Positions 28,038 to 38,435 of a DNA stretch of 64,000 bases are shown here, one piece after another. The notes beneath the pieces are model-generated. The model did no database searches. It was not told the DNA's origin and saw nothing but the letters and a program-made list of their open reading frames with translations. This stretch comes from Promethearchaeia archaeon. Its GTDB lineage: Archaea > Asgardarchaeota > Lokiarchaeia > Sigyniarchaeales > SOKP01. The stretch is from the NCBI GenBank assembly GCA_029856045.1, contig JAHQWG010000016.1, forward strand, positions 352,001-416,000, written 5' to 3'. Made by a program: the position numbers and the translations under genes. How positions within the stretch are numbered: the stretch's first letter is position 1; each line of letters begins with the position of its first letter.

Positions 28038-29093
28038 CTAAATAATAAATAGGAAACTCATCAACCAGATTATTAGAATAACTATAATATCAAAAATAAT
28101 TCTAACATTTCTATCCATTTTTGTCTCATCTAATTTTTGGTTTTTATTAAAATAATTTTTAATATCTTTAAAAATATAATTAATTCCCTTTTTAACACGA
28201 GAAAACTGAAAAATACCAAAAATAATTCCAATAACTATTAATGGCATATATAGAAGAAGTAATAAATCAAAAAATGATCCACCTCGGATGAAATACCATA
28301 AAGTAACGGCTGCAATAATATTTGATATAGTATGAGCAAAAATTAATGGAAAAAGCCATTTTTTACGAGTAAGAAAAGATGCAGTAATAAAACCAATAAT
28401 TGTGGCAATAATTCCCCAAAAAATCGGATAGAGTGGGTTATGTCCAGGAAAATTAGGAGAAAATATATACGCGAAGTGACTTAAGCCAAAAAAAATAGAG
28501 GAAATTATAATAGCGGAAAATTTACCAAGATATTGTTCTCCACGATTAATGAAAAGACCACGATAGATCCACTCTTCTTTAAAAGATGAGAGAAATTGTA
28601 TAATTATTGCTGAAATGAGAAAAATAAATACTTCTTCACCTAAATATGAACCAAGTGTATTATTAAAAATAACATCCGATTCAAATTCTAAATAACCGGG
28701 AAGTAAATAACTGAATAAACTGAATGGAATATATACAATAAAAAGTAATAAGAAACCCCATAGTAGTTGATATTTAAAATTCCTTTTTTTAATCTTTAGC
28801 AATAATAATTGTTGTTTTGAGGAGGATATATCAGATTCTACAATTAATTTTTGTTGTTTTGGCTGTAAAATAATATTGACTACAAATAAAAATATTGGAA
28901 CTGCGATTAAAGCTGCAACTAATTTGAATAAATGATAGAAATAGGTGTCAATTAATGTGGATGTTTGAAATAATGATCTTATTGCATTAAAAATAAAGTT
29001 AAAGATTGTAATTCCTATAAAAACAATAAATAATTCGATTAAAAAATAAATTCTATTATTAAGAATTTCAATTCTTCTATTAGTTTCGGTCAA
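28038..29093 (-). CDS. CPBP family intramembrane glutamic protease (Rce1/Abi-like)
   Basis: EEWIYRG, FGLSH and H..SN motifs in a multi-TM protein. Confidence 0.88.
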   Translation of the reverse strand: MTETNRRIEILNNRIYFLIELFIVFIGITIFNFIFNAIRSLFQTSTLIDTYFYHLFKLVAALIAVPIFLFVVNIILQPKQQKLIVESDISSSKQQLLLLKIKKRNFKYQLLWGFLLLFIVYIPFSLFSYLLPGYLEFESDVIFNNTLGSYLGEEVFIFLISAIIIQFLSSFKEEWIYRGLFINRGEQYLGKFSAIIISSIFFGLSHFAYIFSPNFPGHNPLYPIFWGIIATIIGFITASFLTRKKWLFPLIFAHTISNIIAAVTLWYFIRGGSFFDLLLLLYMPLIVIGIIFGIFQFSRVKKGINYIFKDIKNYFNKNQKLDETKMDRNVRIIFDIIVILIIWLMSFLFII

Positions 29094-29235
29094 TATGGGT
29101 TCTATCTTAAATTAATTTTAATTAATTCTATTATATATTAGGTATTTTTTATCTATTTAGATTCGTATTTAAAGATAGAGTTATACAATAAGAGAAAAAA
29201 GAGGATTTAATATTTTTAACTATTTCGAATTATTT

Positions 29236-29865
29236 TTACCTTTTAAGAGTTAAAATTCCATTCTCAATAAACCACGCTAAGTTTCCAAAGAGAAATAACC
29301 ATTCTGCAAAACTTTGAAATTCCGGACATAATCCAGGATTTATCTTGTTTAAAATCAATAATATTAGATATAAAGCAAAAAGAAATGCTACTATAAGGTT
29401 CGAAATTGCTTGTAGTTTTGAAAATTCTGGAATTTTGAATTCTAAGATTGCATATATTATTAGATATAATATTCCCGTAAAAAAGAAAACATATTCTGAG
29501 TTTAAATGCATATCTGGAGAATCAATTTTGTTGAATATTGCTAATAAAATCATGCTAAATGCTGAAACGGAGCCTAAAATAAAACATAGCCAAGTCCCCT
29601 TAGTATTTGCACCTTTATTTTGTAAATAACGAGTAAAATCTATGAAGAAAATAATCACAAAAAAACCTGTAATAATCCAGCAAATATTAAATATTATGTA
29701 ATTAATGTTAGTTGGGGCTCCCATATCGCTGATGTGATGAATAAATAAGCTAAAATTAGGTTCTACTACTATGGCAGTAATAAGTCCTATTAGAAAAATT
29801 GTTACCCCTATAAATACAAAATAACCTCCATGAAATTTTTTGAAAAAATTGTCAATCCTTTCCAT
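29236..29865 (-). CDS. DUF998/Frag1-like membrane protein
   Basis: ISDMG after TM1, a conserved H before TM4 and EW in the last TM. Confidence 0.6.
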   Translation of the reverse strand: MERIDNFFKKFHGGYFVFIGVTIFLIGLITAIVVEPNFSLFIHHISDMGAPTNINYIIFNICWIITGFFVIIFFIDFTRYLQNKGANTKGTWLCFILGSVSAFSMILLAIFNKIDSPDMHLNSEYVFFFTGILYLIIYAILEFKIPEFSKLQAISNLIVAFLFALYLILLILNKINPGLCPEFQSFAEWLFLFGNLAWFIENGILTLKR

Positions 29866-30005
29866 TATATTTCACTTTTTCTTAAAATATTTTAAATATA
29901 ATTCATCTCCATAGGTATTTAATATTTCATTATTAGATTTTGAAATTTACTTTTAAAAAAAGTATTCAACAATAAAATTTGATATTATGAATGATAATCT
30001 AAAAA

Positions 30006-31199
30006 TTAGATTTGTTCGTAATGAAAATCTCCATAAGGAGAAATTATCTCTAAATTATTACGTTCTTTTACCTTTTCGCAATGACCAATAATCTTTGCAT
30101 CTATTCCAAAACCCTTGGATATTTTTATAATATTTTCAGCTGAATCCTGATCAGTCATTATTTCCAGACGATGTCCCATATTGAAAACTTGAAACATTTC
30201 TTTCCAGCTAGCATTTGATGAATCTTGTATTATTTTAAAAATCGGAGGAACTTCAAATAAGTCATTTTTTATGTATTTTATACTTTTTCCAAAATTAAGG
30301 CACTTAGTTTGCCCCCCACCTGTATTATGGATAATACCGTGAATTTTTTCTCTATTGTTATGAAATACATCTAATAGAATTGGCGTATAAGTTCTCGTAG
30401 GAGATAAAAGAGCTCTCCCAATTGATATAGGTAATCCATCAACTTTATCACTTATCTTATATTTTCCGAAAAAAACACTATTCTCATCCATTTTTTCGTC
30501 GTAACATTCAGGATATTTATCATAATATTCATGGTTCAACGTTCCGTGTCTTGCGAGGGTCAATCCATTACTACCAATACCACTATTATATTCTTTTTCG
30601 TAATTGCATTTTCCATAACTGGCTAATCCAACAATATAATCATTGTGTTGAATATTACTTGCATCAATTACATCCTTTTTTCTCAAAGTAGTAAAAACGG
30701 TAACACTTACAACCAAGGTTTTTATGATATCCCCTATATCTTCAGTTTCTCCACCACATGTAATAATGGGTAGTCCAAATGTTGTCAATTTTCGAGAAAA
30801 ATTTTCTATCTCGTTAATTAATGTTGAAAGGATTTGACCAGTAATTAATTTTTTATTTCGTCCAATTGTATTTGATAATATGATTTTATCATTTACTCCC
30901 ACGCATAATAAGTCATCAATATTCATAACTATTGCATCTTGGACTACATCTTTAAAAACGGAAATATCCCCTGTCTCTTTATAATATAGATACGCAAGAT
31001 TTGCTTTTGTTCCAGCACTATCTGAATGAAATATCGAACAATAATCTTCTCTACCAGCAATATCCTCTACTATTTTGCAAAAAGCTCCAGGATATAAACC
31101 CTTATCAATATCTTTTATTGCTTGGTGCAGTTCTTTTTTTTCAGCTGAAACTCCCAGTTTCGAATAAATACTCGGCTCTTTATCGTCCATATTCATCAA
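30006..31199 (-). CDS. purM: Phosphoribosylformylglycinamidine cyclo-ligase (long Bacteroidota-like form)
   Basis: Y...GVSA.K, AFCKI, AGTK, MNIDDL.CVG, GGET, SNGLT.ARH, GGGQTK and VFNMGHR. Confidence 0.88.
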   Translation of the reverse strand: MMNMDDKEPSIYSKLGVSAEKKELHQAIKDIDKGLYPGAFCKIVEDIAGREDYCSIFHSDSAGTKANLAYLYYKETGDISVFKDVVQDAIVMNIDDLLCVGVNDKIILSNTIGRNKKLITGQILSTLINEIENFSRKLTTFGLPIITCGGETEDIGDIIKTLVVSVTVFTTLRKKDVIDASNIQHNDYIVGLASYGKCNYEKEYNSGIGSNGLTLARHGTLNHEYYDKYPECYDEKMDENSVFFGKYKISDKVDGLPISIGRALLSPTRTYTPILLDVFHNNREKIHGIIHNTGGGQTKCLNFGKSIKYIKNDLFEVPPIFKIIQDSSNASWKEMFQVFNMGHRLEIMTDQDSAENIIKISKGFGIDAKIIGHCEKVKERNNLEIISPYGDFHYEQI

Positions 31200-31217
31200 A
31201 TGTTTTATTGACTAAAT

Positions 31218-32570
31218 TTATTTTGTGATCTTATACTTTTCTCTTAAATATTTTATGAGTTTTTCAACTTGGGTTATGGCAGTTCCTAAATATTTTTCTG
31301 GAGTTAATAATTCATCCAATTCTTTATTTGAAAATTTTGATTTTACTTCATGAATTTCCATGAAGACTTCTTTAAGTGATTTATCCTCTTTTCTCGCTTT
31401 AATAATCATTTTTCTTAACAATTCATGAGCATCTTGCCTTCCAATTCCTCTTTTAACAAGTTCAACCATTATCCTTTCTGCTAATATGGCACCCCTTGTT
31501 AAATGAAGGTTTTTTTTAATATTTTGTTCATTTATTTCCAAATTTCTTAAATTCTGTTCCAATTGGGAAAGAACAAAATCTAAAAAGATGAAGTTTTCAG
31601 GGATTATTACTCTTTCTGAGGCAGAATTTGTCATATCCCTCTCATCCTCTAATACCATATTATCTAATGCAACAATCGCATTAGATTTAATTACCCTTCC
31701 CAAACTACATATTCTTTCAGATTTATAAGGGTTCCGCTTATGTGGCATTGTAGAGCTCCCAACTTGTGTATCTTTCTTGAATGGTTCATACATTTCTCCA
31801 ATTTCAGTTCTCTGGAGGATTCTAAATTCTCTTGCAATTTTACTACAAGTACCTGCTATTAATGCAGTTAGTAATATGGCTTCAGCGATTCTATCTCTCT
31901 GTATAACTTGATTTGCAATTAACACCGGGTTTAGTTTTAATTGTTGCATAACTTCTTGTTGTATTTCAAATCCTTTATCTCCAAAACTTGCCATTGTTCC
32001 AACTGCACCAGACATCTTTCCATATTGAATTCTCTCTCTCACTTGTTTAAGACGATCTAAATGCCTACTAAATTCATAAGCCCAAATCCCAAATCTCATA
32101 CCGAATGTAGTTGGTGTAGCATGTTGGCCGTGAGTTCGACCTATACAAATTAATTCTTTTTTCTGTTCTGCAAGATTTGTTAAAGTTTTTAAAATTTTCA
32201 AAATTGATTCTTCCAAATAATTTAATGCTTCTTTTATTTGAAGGGCTGTTGCAGTATCCTCTGTATCATAACTAGTAGCACCTAAATGGATATAATTTCC
32301 GGCATTCCCTTCACACTGTTCTTCAAGTGCTTTAACCATTGCCATTAGATCATGATGAATCTCTTTATCAATTTCTTTAACTCTCTCAACCTTTACAAAT
32401 TGAATCTTGGCTTTACGTTCAATTTCCTCTGCTGCATTGGCTGGAATATTTCCTAATTTTGCATGAGCTTTAGCTAACGCAGCCTCCACTTTTAACCAAT
32501 ATTGCAATTTACTTTCTTCACTAAAGATTTGTGATATTGGTGTATTATATCGAATGAATGGATTTTCCAT
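31218..32570 (-). CDS. purB: Adenylosuccinate lyase
   Basis: HLGATS.D, GRTHGQHA.PTT and GSSTMPHKRNP. Confidence 0.96.
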   Translation of the reverse strand: MENPFIRYNTPISQIFSEESKLQYWLKVEAALAKAHAKLGNIPANAAEEIERKAKIQFVKVERVKEIDKEIHHDLMAMVKALEEQCEGNAGNYIHLGATSYDTEDTATALQIKEALNYLEESILKILKTLTNLAEQKKELICIGRTHGQHATPTTFGMRFGIWAYEFSRHLDRLKQVRERIQYGKMSGAVGTMASFGDKGFEIQQEVMQQLKLNPVLIANQVIQRDRIAEAILLTALIAGTCSKIAREFRILQRTEIGEMYEPFKKDTQVGSSTMPHKRNPYKSERICSLGRVIKSNAIVALDNMVLEDERDMTNSASERVIIPENFIFLDFVLSQLEQNLRNLEINEQNIKKNLHLTRGAILAERIMVELVKRGIGRQDAHELLRKMIIKARKEDKSLKEVFMEIHEVKSKFSNKELDELLTPEKYLGTAITQVEKLIKYLREKYKITK

Positions 32571-32738
32571 TTTATTTCCACGAAAAATTTCTATTTTTCT
32601 TTTAATTTAATTAAATATTACGCTTTAAAAAAAATGATAATTATTTACGTCGTAATAACTTAATAAATATTTTAATTCGAATTTAGATTATATTTTATAA
32701 GAAGTTATGAAAATATTAAAGGAAAATGGTTAAGGGAG

Positions 32739-33392
32739 TTGCCTAAGAAAGAACTTAAAAAAATGAAAATTGACGAGATAACTCAATATTTCATGAATAA
32801 AACTACAAAACAAAATATGAAACTTATTAGAGCAATTGATCACCTTATCATTGAGAATTTTGAAGAGTTTGAAAAAGATTTAAAATACGTTATTGAGAAC
32901 AAAAAAGAAGAAGAAATTAAGAGAGTATTTGAATCAAAAATCTGGAAAAGCAAGATGATGTTCTCTAAAGCAGATAGAGTATTAGTATTTAATAGAATTA
33001 ATAAAATTAGAGACCTGGGCGAGATTTTAGCACGAAAAATGCTTCTTTACCGAGTTGTATTTCCAGATGAGCAATTTAAGAATAATATAAAAGAAATTCT
33101 TGAATTACTAAAAACCGTCTTTCTTGATTTAGCTTCAGCCGTAAAATCGATTGGAAAAGATTTAGAACATTCATATGAAGTGTCTCAAAAAATAAAAAAT
33201 GAACATTTAGACCTTAGGAATAAGGCATGGGAACTTTTAAGTAATTTATATAATTATGAAATGGATTTTATCAGTCGAACATTTTTATATTTAAAGGATT
33301 TAATTGAGGGTATCGTATTTTTAGCTGATGAGGCAGAAAATTTCGCAGGATATCTGCAATTTTTAGCAACTAAATACTTAATTTTTGAATAA
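32739..33392 (+). CDS. DUF47/PhoU-like phosphate transport regulator (divergent)
   Basis: Helical repeat architecture; overlaps the PiT gene start. Confidence 0.6.
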   Translation: MPKKELKKMKIDEITQYFMNKTTKQNMKLIRAIDHLIIENFEEFEKDLKYVIENKKEEEIKRVFESKIWKSKMMFSKADRVLVFNRINKIRDLGEILARKMLLYRVVFPDEQFKNNIKEILELLKTVFLDLASAVKSIGKDLEHSYEVSQKIKNEHLDLRNKAWELLSNLYNYEMDFISRTFLYLKDLIEGIVFLADEAENFAGYLQFLATKYLIFE

Positions 33393-34440
33393 TCAGCCTA
33401 ATTGGAGGATCAATTTTTTGGAATTAACTTCAATATTAGTCATAATTTTAATAATTATGGGTTTATCCCTGGCATTTTCTATTGGTGCTAACGACGAAAC
33501 TCTATCTGCCTTAGTTGGTGCTAATATTACTAAATTTAAAATAGCATTAATTATAGGGGGAATTGCTACTGGAGCTGGGATGATTTTTTTAAGTGGAGGG
33601 GTGGGTAAAATGGTTGGAGAAAATATTCTCGGGGAGGGGATAGAATATACTACTTTTATGTTATTATCTGTTTTGATAAGTAGTATAATTTGGTTGATTA
33701 TTGGGAGTTTCTCTGGAATACCTTTGAGCTCTACACATAGTACCATAGGAAGTATATTTGGGGTAATAATTGTTTTTTCTCTTTTTCAGGGGGACGTTGA
33801 CCCAACAACCGCTCTCAATTATGAAAAATTAAATAGTGTTGTCATAAGTTGGTTCTTATCTCCATTATTTGGTTTTCTCTTTACTTTTATTTTTTTCAAA
33901 ATTATCTCCAAATTTTTTTTATCACGTTTAAAAGGTATGAATCAAATTGAAAAATCAGAAAAAAATTTTTCATGGTTATTACTAATTGCAGTTGTTTTTG
34001 CTGAAATTTGGGTTGGGGCTAATTCTGCAGAATGTATTGGAATTTTTCATGCACTTTGCAGTAATGGTTCATTAACTTTAGCAGAAAAAGATTTTTTCGT
34101 TGTGATTTGTGGAATTTTTGTCTTTCTGGGAATTTTTATTGCAGGAAGATATGTAATAAAAAATTTAGCCAGCCAAATGACTGATGCACGACCATGCGAG
34201 AGTTTTATCATTCAAATATCATCATCGATAATTTTAATGATATGCACCTTAATGTCTTTACCAATTTCACACAGTCATGTTATTGTATTTTGTATTTTAG
34301 GTTTAAACGCAGGTCAAAAACGTGAAGTGGATTATAAAGGTTTAGGGAAAATGACAATTTACTGGGTTTTAACTTTTTTCATAGCCGGTATTCTTGGCGG
34401 TATTATATATTTTGGATTTTTATCAGTAAGCTTAATATAA
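33385..34440 (+). CDS. PiT-family inorganic phosphate/anion transporter
   Basis: GAND, GIPLSSTH, GAN and LPISHSH in a multi-TM protein. Confidence 0.85.
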   Translation: MNNQPNWRINFLELTSILVIILIIMGLSLAFSIGANDETLSALVGANITKFKIALIIGGIATGAGMIFLSGGVGKMVGENILGEGIEYTTFMLLSVLISSIIWLIIGSFSGIPLSSTHSTIGSIFGVIIVFSLFQGDVDPTTALNYEKLNSVVISWFLSPLFGFLFTFIFFKIISKFFLSRLKGMNQIEKSEKNFSWLLLIAVVFAEIWVGANSAECIGIFHALCSNGSLTLAEKDFFVVICGIFVFLGIFIAGRYVIKNLASQMTDARPCESFIIQISSSIILMICTLMSLPISHSHVIVFCILGLNAGQKREVDYKGLGKMTIYWVLTFFIAGILGGIIYFGFLSVSLI

Positions 34441-34529
34441 AAAGGAAAATGATTTAATTGAGTGATAAAATTATTTATGAAAGAGTTTATTTATATTAAA
34501 AATGTGAAAAGGAAAAAAAAGGGGAAAAA

Positions 34530-35207
34530 ATGGGTTATCTAATTGAATATTTCAAGCAACGAACCGCTGAAAATGCAATAAAAAAAGCAAATACTCATGC
34601 AAAAACGGCTCAACAATGTGTATTTGAATTAAAAAAAGGTTTGTATGCTCTTTTAATTGAAAGTGATTATGATAAAGCAGAAGAAATATTTAAAAATGTA
34701 GATCAAATTGAGAGTGATGCTGATGCTATTAGGAGAGAAATATTAGAAGATATTTCAAAAGGTGAATTAAATCCTAATATCCGTATGGATCTCTCTCATT
34801 TAGTTAAAAGAATCGATAATATCGCAAATTGTTCAAATGGGGTTGGTAGGCGTATTAGTGTAATATCAAGAGAATTTTGGGAAAATTGCAGTCAAGAATC
34901 AAAAGATTATATGCTTCAAATAATTGATACAACCGTAGAATGTGCAGAACTTTTGGATGGTCTCCTAACTGCTCTGATTGAGTCCCGAGAAAAAGTTAAA
35001 GATATTGCTATTCACATCAATAAATTAGAACATGAAGTTGATATTTTAAATCTTAAACTGAGAGAAAGTCTTCAAAAAACTGACTTTAAAATAAACATTT
35101 TTACTGGTTTTTTAATTGCCAATACACTTAATATTTTAGAGGCAATATCGGATTCGATTGAAGAAGTCGCAGATTATATATTACTTTTAACAGTTTCAAA
35201 AAAATAA
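34530..35207 (+). CDS. DUF47 (TIGR00153) phosphate transport regulator
   Basis: E..AD.IRR, R.D...L....D.IA, LEHEVD and ISD..E.VAD. Confidence 0.85.
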   Translation: MGYLIEYFKQRTAENAIKKANTHAKTAQQCVFELKKGLYALLIESDYDKAEEIFKNVDQIESDADAIRREILEDISKGELNPNIRMDLSHLVKRIDNIANCSNGVGRRISVISREFWENCSQESKDYMLQIIDTTVECAELLDGLLTALIESREKVKDIAIHINKLEHEVDILNLKLRESLQKTDFKINIFTGFLIANTLNILEAISDSIEEVADYILLLTVSKK

Positions 35208-35273
35208 TTTGGAAAATTATAAATCCATTACTCTTTTTAAATTATTAAACATCTCTGTTCTATTAATAATAAA

Positions 35274-35492
35274 ATGGTTTATAGAACGAAATATTTCTTC
35301 TTTAGATGCATCAATTGTGGAGAATGGTATTATACTACAAAAATTATTAAGAGAAAAAAATGCATCAAATGTCATAAATCATTTTCCTTTGAAAAAGCTT
35401 CAAAATTTTTTCAAAAATGTTCCATAAAAGAAGCAATTTTATTAATTCAACGTCTAAAATCAAAAGATAAAGAATTAACAAAGTTTCATTAA
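35274..35492 (+). CDS. Small C4 zinc-ribbon protein (DUF1922-like)
   Basis: YFFFRCINCG.W.Y.......KCIKC. Confidence 0.7.
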   Translation: MVYRTKYFFFRCINCGEWYYTTKIIKRKKCIKCHKSFSFEKASKFFQKCSIKEAILLIQRLKSKDKELTKFH

Positions 35493-35619
35493 TTTTTTTG
35501 TTCTAAATCTTAAAAAAATCACTTCTTAATCGATTTATTAAATATATAAAGAATGTAAATGTAAATTAAATTAAACAAAGGCAAAATTTTAAAAACAGAA
35601 ATTGTATTGATAATTTAAC

Positions 35620-37032
35620 ATGGAGTCTCCTAAACCTTTGGAAAGCAATTTAATTTCCAAATTAACAAAATTAGCTACTAAAAAAAGAATTGAATTTTGG
35701 GACATTAGAGTAGCATCTAGTTCTGGAACATTATTAGAATTTACTAATGGAAAAAATAAAGAAGTATCATATTCAAATATAAAAGGTGCAGGCATCAGAG
35801 CTTTTATCAATGGAGGTTGGGGGTTTTCTGTAAAACAAAATATATCTGATAGCTCAATAATAGAAGGATTAAATGAGGCCATAAAATTAGCTCTCTTTGC
35901 TGAACGATATTCAAAATTCAAATTTAAAATTAAAGAATATGATTTAATTAGAGATAAATATACAACCAAATTAAAAACACCTCTCAAGGATGTAGACATT
36001 GAACAAAAAATAGATTTTGCTTTACAAATTGAAAAGGATGCACATGATTTTGATCCAAGAGTTATCAATACAAATTCTTTATATACTGATGGAATAATAA
36101 ATTCTCTTCTTATTAATTCATTTGGAAGTTCAATTGAGCAATCTATTTCAATTTTGAGAATTTTTTCTATTGTTTATGCTAAGGAAAACGGAAATTTGCA
36201 GAGAAATTTTGAATCAATTGGTGGCATTGGAGGGTATGAATTAACTAAAAAAGCTGATAAAATAGGAATTAAATCAGCGAAAAAAGCAATTAAATTATTA
36301 TCAGCTAAACCAGTTAAAGGAGGAAAATTCACAGTTATTATGGACCCAAAATTAACAGGAGTGTTTATTCATGAAGCATTTGGACATGCATGCGAAGCAG
36401 ATTTAGTTATTGCCAAAGAAAGCATTTTAGAAGAAAAATTAGGAGAAAAAGTTGCATCTGAAAATATTTCTATTATTGATGATCCAACTCCAAGTGATAT
36501 GGCTCTATTTGGCTCCTATAAATTTGATGATGAAGGTATAGCTGCAAAACCAGTTCAATTAGTAGAAAATGGCGTTTTAAAAACATACCTTCATGATTTG
36601 GAGAGTGCAAGTAGAATGAATGTATCTCCTAATGGGCATGGTCGTGCTTCATCATATTCATCTAAACCGCAAGCAAGGATGGGGGTTACATACCTTAAAG
36701 AACATGATTGGAAATTAAATGAAATGATCGAAGACACAAAAAATGGTGTTCTCTGTGAAAATTGGAAATATGGATATACAAACCCGGCAACAGGAAATTT
36801 CCAATTTAAAACTCGGAATTGTTATAAAATTGAAAATGGAGAAAAAACTGAATTAATGCGAGATGTTGGATTATCAGGTTTAATCCTTGAGATTTTAAAT
36901 AGGGTTTCAGCTATTGGTAATAAAATAGAATATAGTGATGGTGTTTGTGGAAAAGGAGGACAACGTGTTAGAAATTGTACTGGGGGTCCTTACCTGCGTG
37001 TTGAAGATGTAGTTATGGGAGGTTTACAATAA
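35620..37032 (+). CDS. tldD: TldD metallopeptidase subunit
   Basis: HEAFGHACEAD, DDEG, GHGRA and C-terminal CGKGGQ. Confidence 0.93.
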   Translation: MESPKPLESNLISKLTKLATKKRIEFWDIRVASSSGTLLEFTNGKNKEVSYSNIKGAGIRAFINGGWGFSVKQNISDSSIIEGLNEAIKLALFAERYSKFKFKIKEYDLIRDKYTTKLKTPLKDVDIEQKIDFALQIEKDAHDFDPRVINTNSLYTDGIINSLLINSFGSSIEQSISILRIFSIVYAKENGNLQRNFESIGGIGGYELTKKADKIGIKSAKKAIKLLSAKPVKGGKFTVIMDPKLTGVFIHEAFGHACEADLVIAKESILEEKLGEKVASENISIIDDPTPSDMALFGSYKFDDEGIAAKPVQLVENGVLKTYLHDLESASRMNVSPNGHGRASSYSSKPQARMGVTYLKEHDWKLNEMIEDTKNGVLCENWKYGYTNPATGNFQFKTRNCYKIENGEKTELMRDVGLSGLILEILNRVSAIGNKIEYSDGVCGKGGQRVRNCTGGPYLRVEDVVMGGLQ

Positions 37033-37034
37033 AA

Positions 37035-38420
37035 ATGATAACAAAAAATAATTTTCCAAAAGAAAATAACGTTCTTTTTAATAGAGGCAAGTTTGGATTA
37101 AGAATAACTGAAAAATATGACAAAGTAAAATGTTCTGAAATTTACGTTCAAAAAACAGATGCTTTTGAAATAGGATTAGAAAAAAATTCGATTAAAGACT
37201 GTAATAAATCTGAAAGTTGTGGATTTTCGGTAAGAGTTTTTGATAAACGGGGTTCATTAGGTTTTGCATATGCTAATGATATTTCTAGTAAAATAATCGA
37301 AAAAACCATAAATAATGCTGTAAAGATGATGAAAGTAGGTCCTCCAAATGATGAATTTAAGGATTTACCGTTTCCTAAAAAATCTAATTCCAAAGTAACA
37401 GGAATTTATGACAAAAACATAAAAGATCTTGAATTTGAAACACCGTTCGATTTAATTAAAGATATGATAAAAATTTCCTCTGACGATTCTCAAGTTGTAA
37501 CTCAATCTGGGGATTTTTCCTCTCTTTATACTTATTATTACGTATTTAATTCAAATGGAATTGAAATATCTTCTAAAGAAACAGCGGCTTCTTTAACATC
37601 ATCGATTGTAGTTAAAAATAATGGGAAAAATGAGACTGGAAATGGCTTTCATTGGCAAATAGAAAGAAAATACAAGGATTTAGACGCAATTAAAGTTGTA
37701 AATAAAACACTCCAAATGGCTAAAATGAATTTAAATAGGATTAAAATTGAAACGATGAACGTCCCTCTTATATTAACTCCAAAAGGAGTAATCAGTTTAA
37801 TATTAAATCCAATTGCTTCAGCAATAAATGCTGATACATTTCAGTACAACAGAAGCTTTCTTGTAGGAAAATTAAATAAGAAGATTGGTTCAGATTTGTT
37901 AAATATTGAAGATAATGGTTTAATTAATGGAGCTGTAGGGTCTTCAGAATTTGATGCTGAAGGTGTCCCATGTCAAAATAAAAAAATCTTTGAAAATGGA
38001 GTATTTTTATCTTTACTTCATAATAGTTTTACCGCTGGAAAAGATAATGTGGAAAGTACTGGAAACGCGCAGAGAAATTCTTTTTCCTCAACACCTAATA
38101 TCGGTTCAACTAACTTATACTTCAATCCCGGAGATTATAAAACGCAAGAATTATTTGAAGATATAAAAATTGGAATTCTCTTAGATTATACTGGTGATTC
38201 TCCCAATTTAGCAACAGGTGATTTTAGTGGATTAATTTTGAATGGAAATATTATCCGAAATGGAGAAATTCAAGAATCTCTGAATGAAACAATGGTAGGA
38301 ATTAATATCTTGGATCTTTTTAATAGAATAGAGAAAGTGTCCAATAAACTTGAAGTTTATGGCTCAAAAAATGCTCCTTATGTAAAAATAAGTAATGTTC
38401 AAATTTCTGGATCCAAATAA
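37035..38420 (+). CDS. pmbA: PmbA/TldE subunit
   Basis: FDAEG, STGNA and TGDFS; no HExxxH; directly follows tldD. Confidence 0.9.
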   Translation: MITKNNFPKENNVLFNRGKFGLRITEKYDKVKCSEIYVQKTDAFEIGLEKNSIKDCNKSESCGFSVRVFDKRGSLGFAYANDISSKIIEKTINNAVKMMKVGPPNDEFKDLPFPKKSNSKVTGIYDKNIKDLEFETPFDLIKDMIKISSDDSQVVTQSGDFSSLYTYYYVFNSNGIEISSKETAASLTSSIVVKNNGKNETGNGFHWQIERKYKDLDAIKVVNKTLQMAKMNLNRIKIETMNVPLILTPKGVISLILNPIASAINADTFQYNRSFLVGKLNKKIGSDLLNIEDNGLINGAVGSSEFDAEGVPCQNKKIFENGVFLSLLHNSFTAGKDNVESTGNAQRNSFSSTPNIGSTNLYFNPGDYKTQELFEDIKIGILLDYTGDSPNLATGDFSGLILNGNIIRNGEIQESLNETMVGINILDLFNRIEKVSNKLEVYGSKNAPYVKISNVQISGSK

Positions 38421-38435
38421 ATTAGATCTAAATAT

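Noticed and set aside
35209-35427. 72-aa + strand ORF overlapping the zinc-ribbon gene
   Set aside because: The overlapping frame 35274..35492 has an ATG and two CxxC motifs; this one has no recognisable features.
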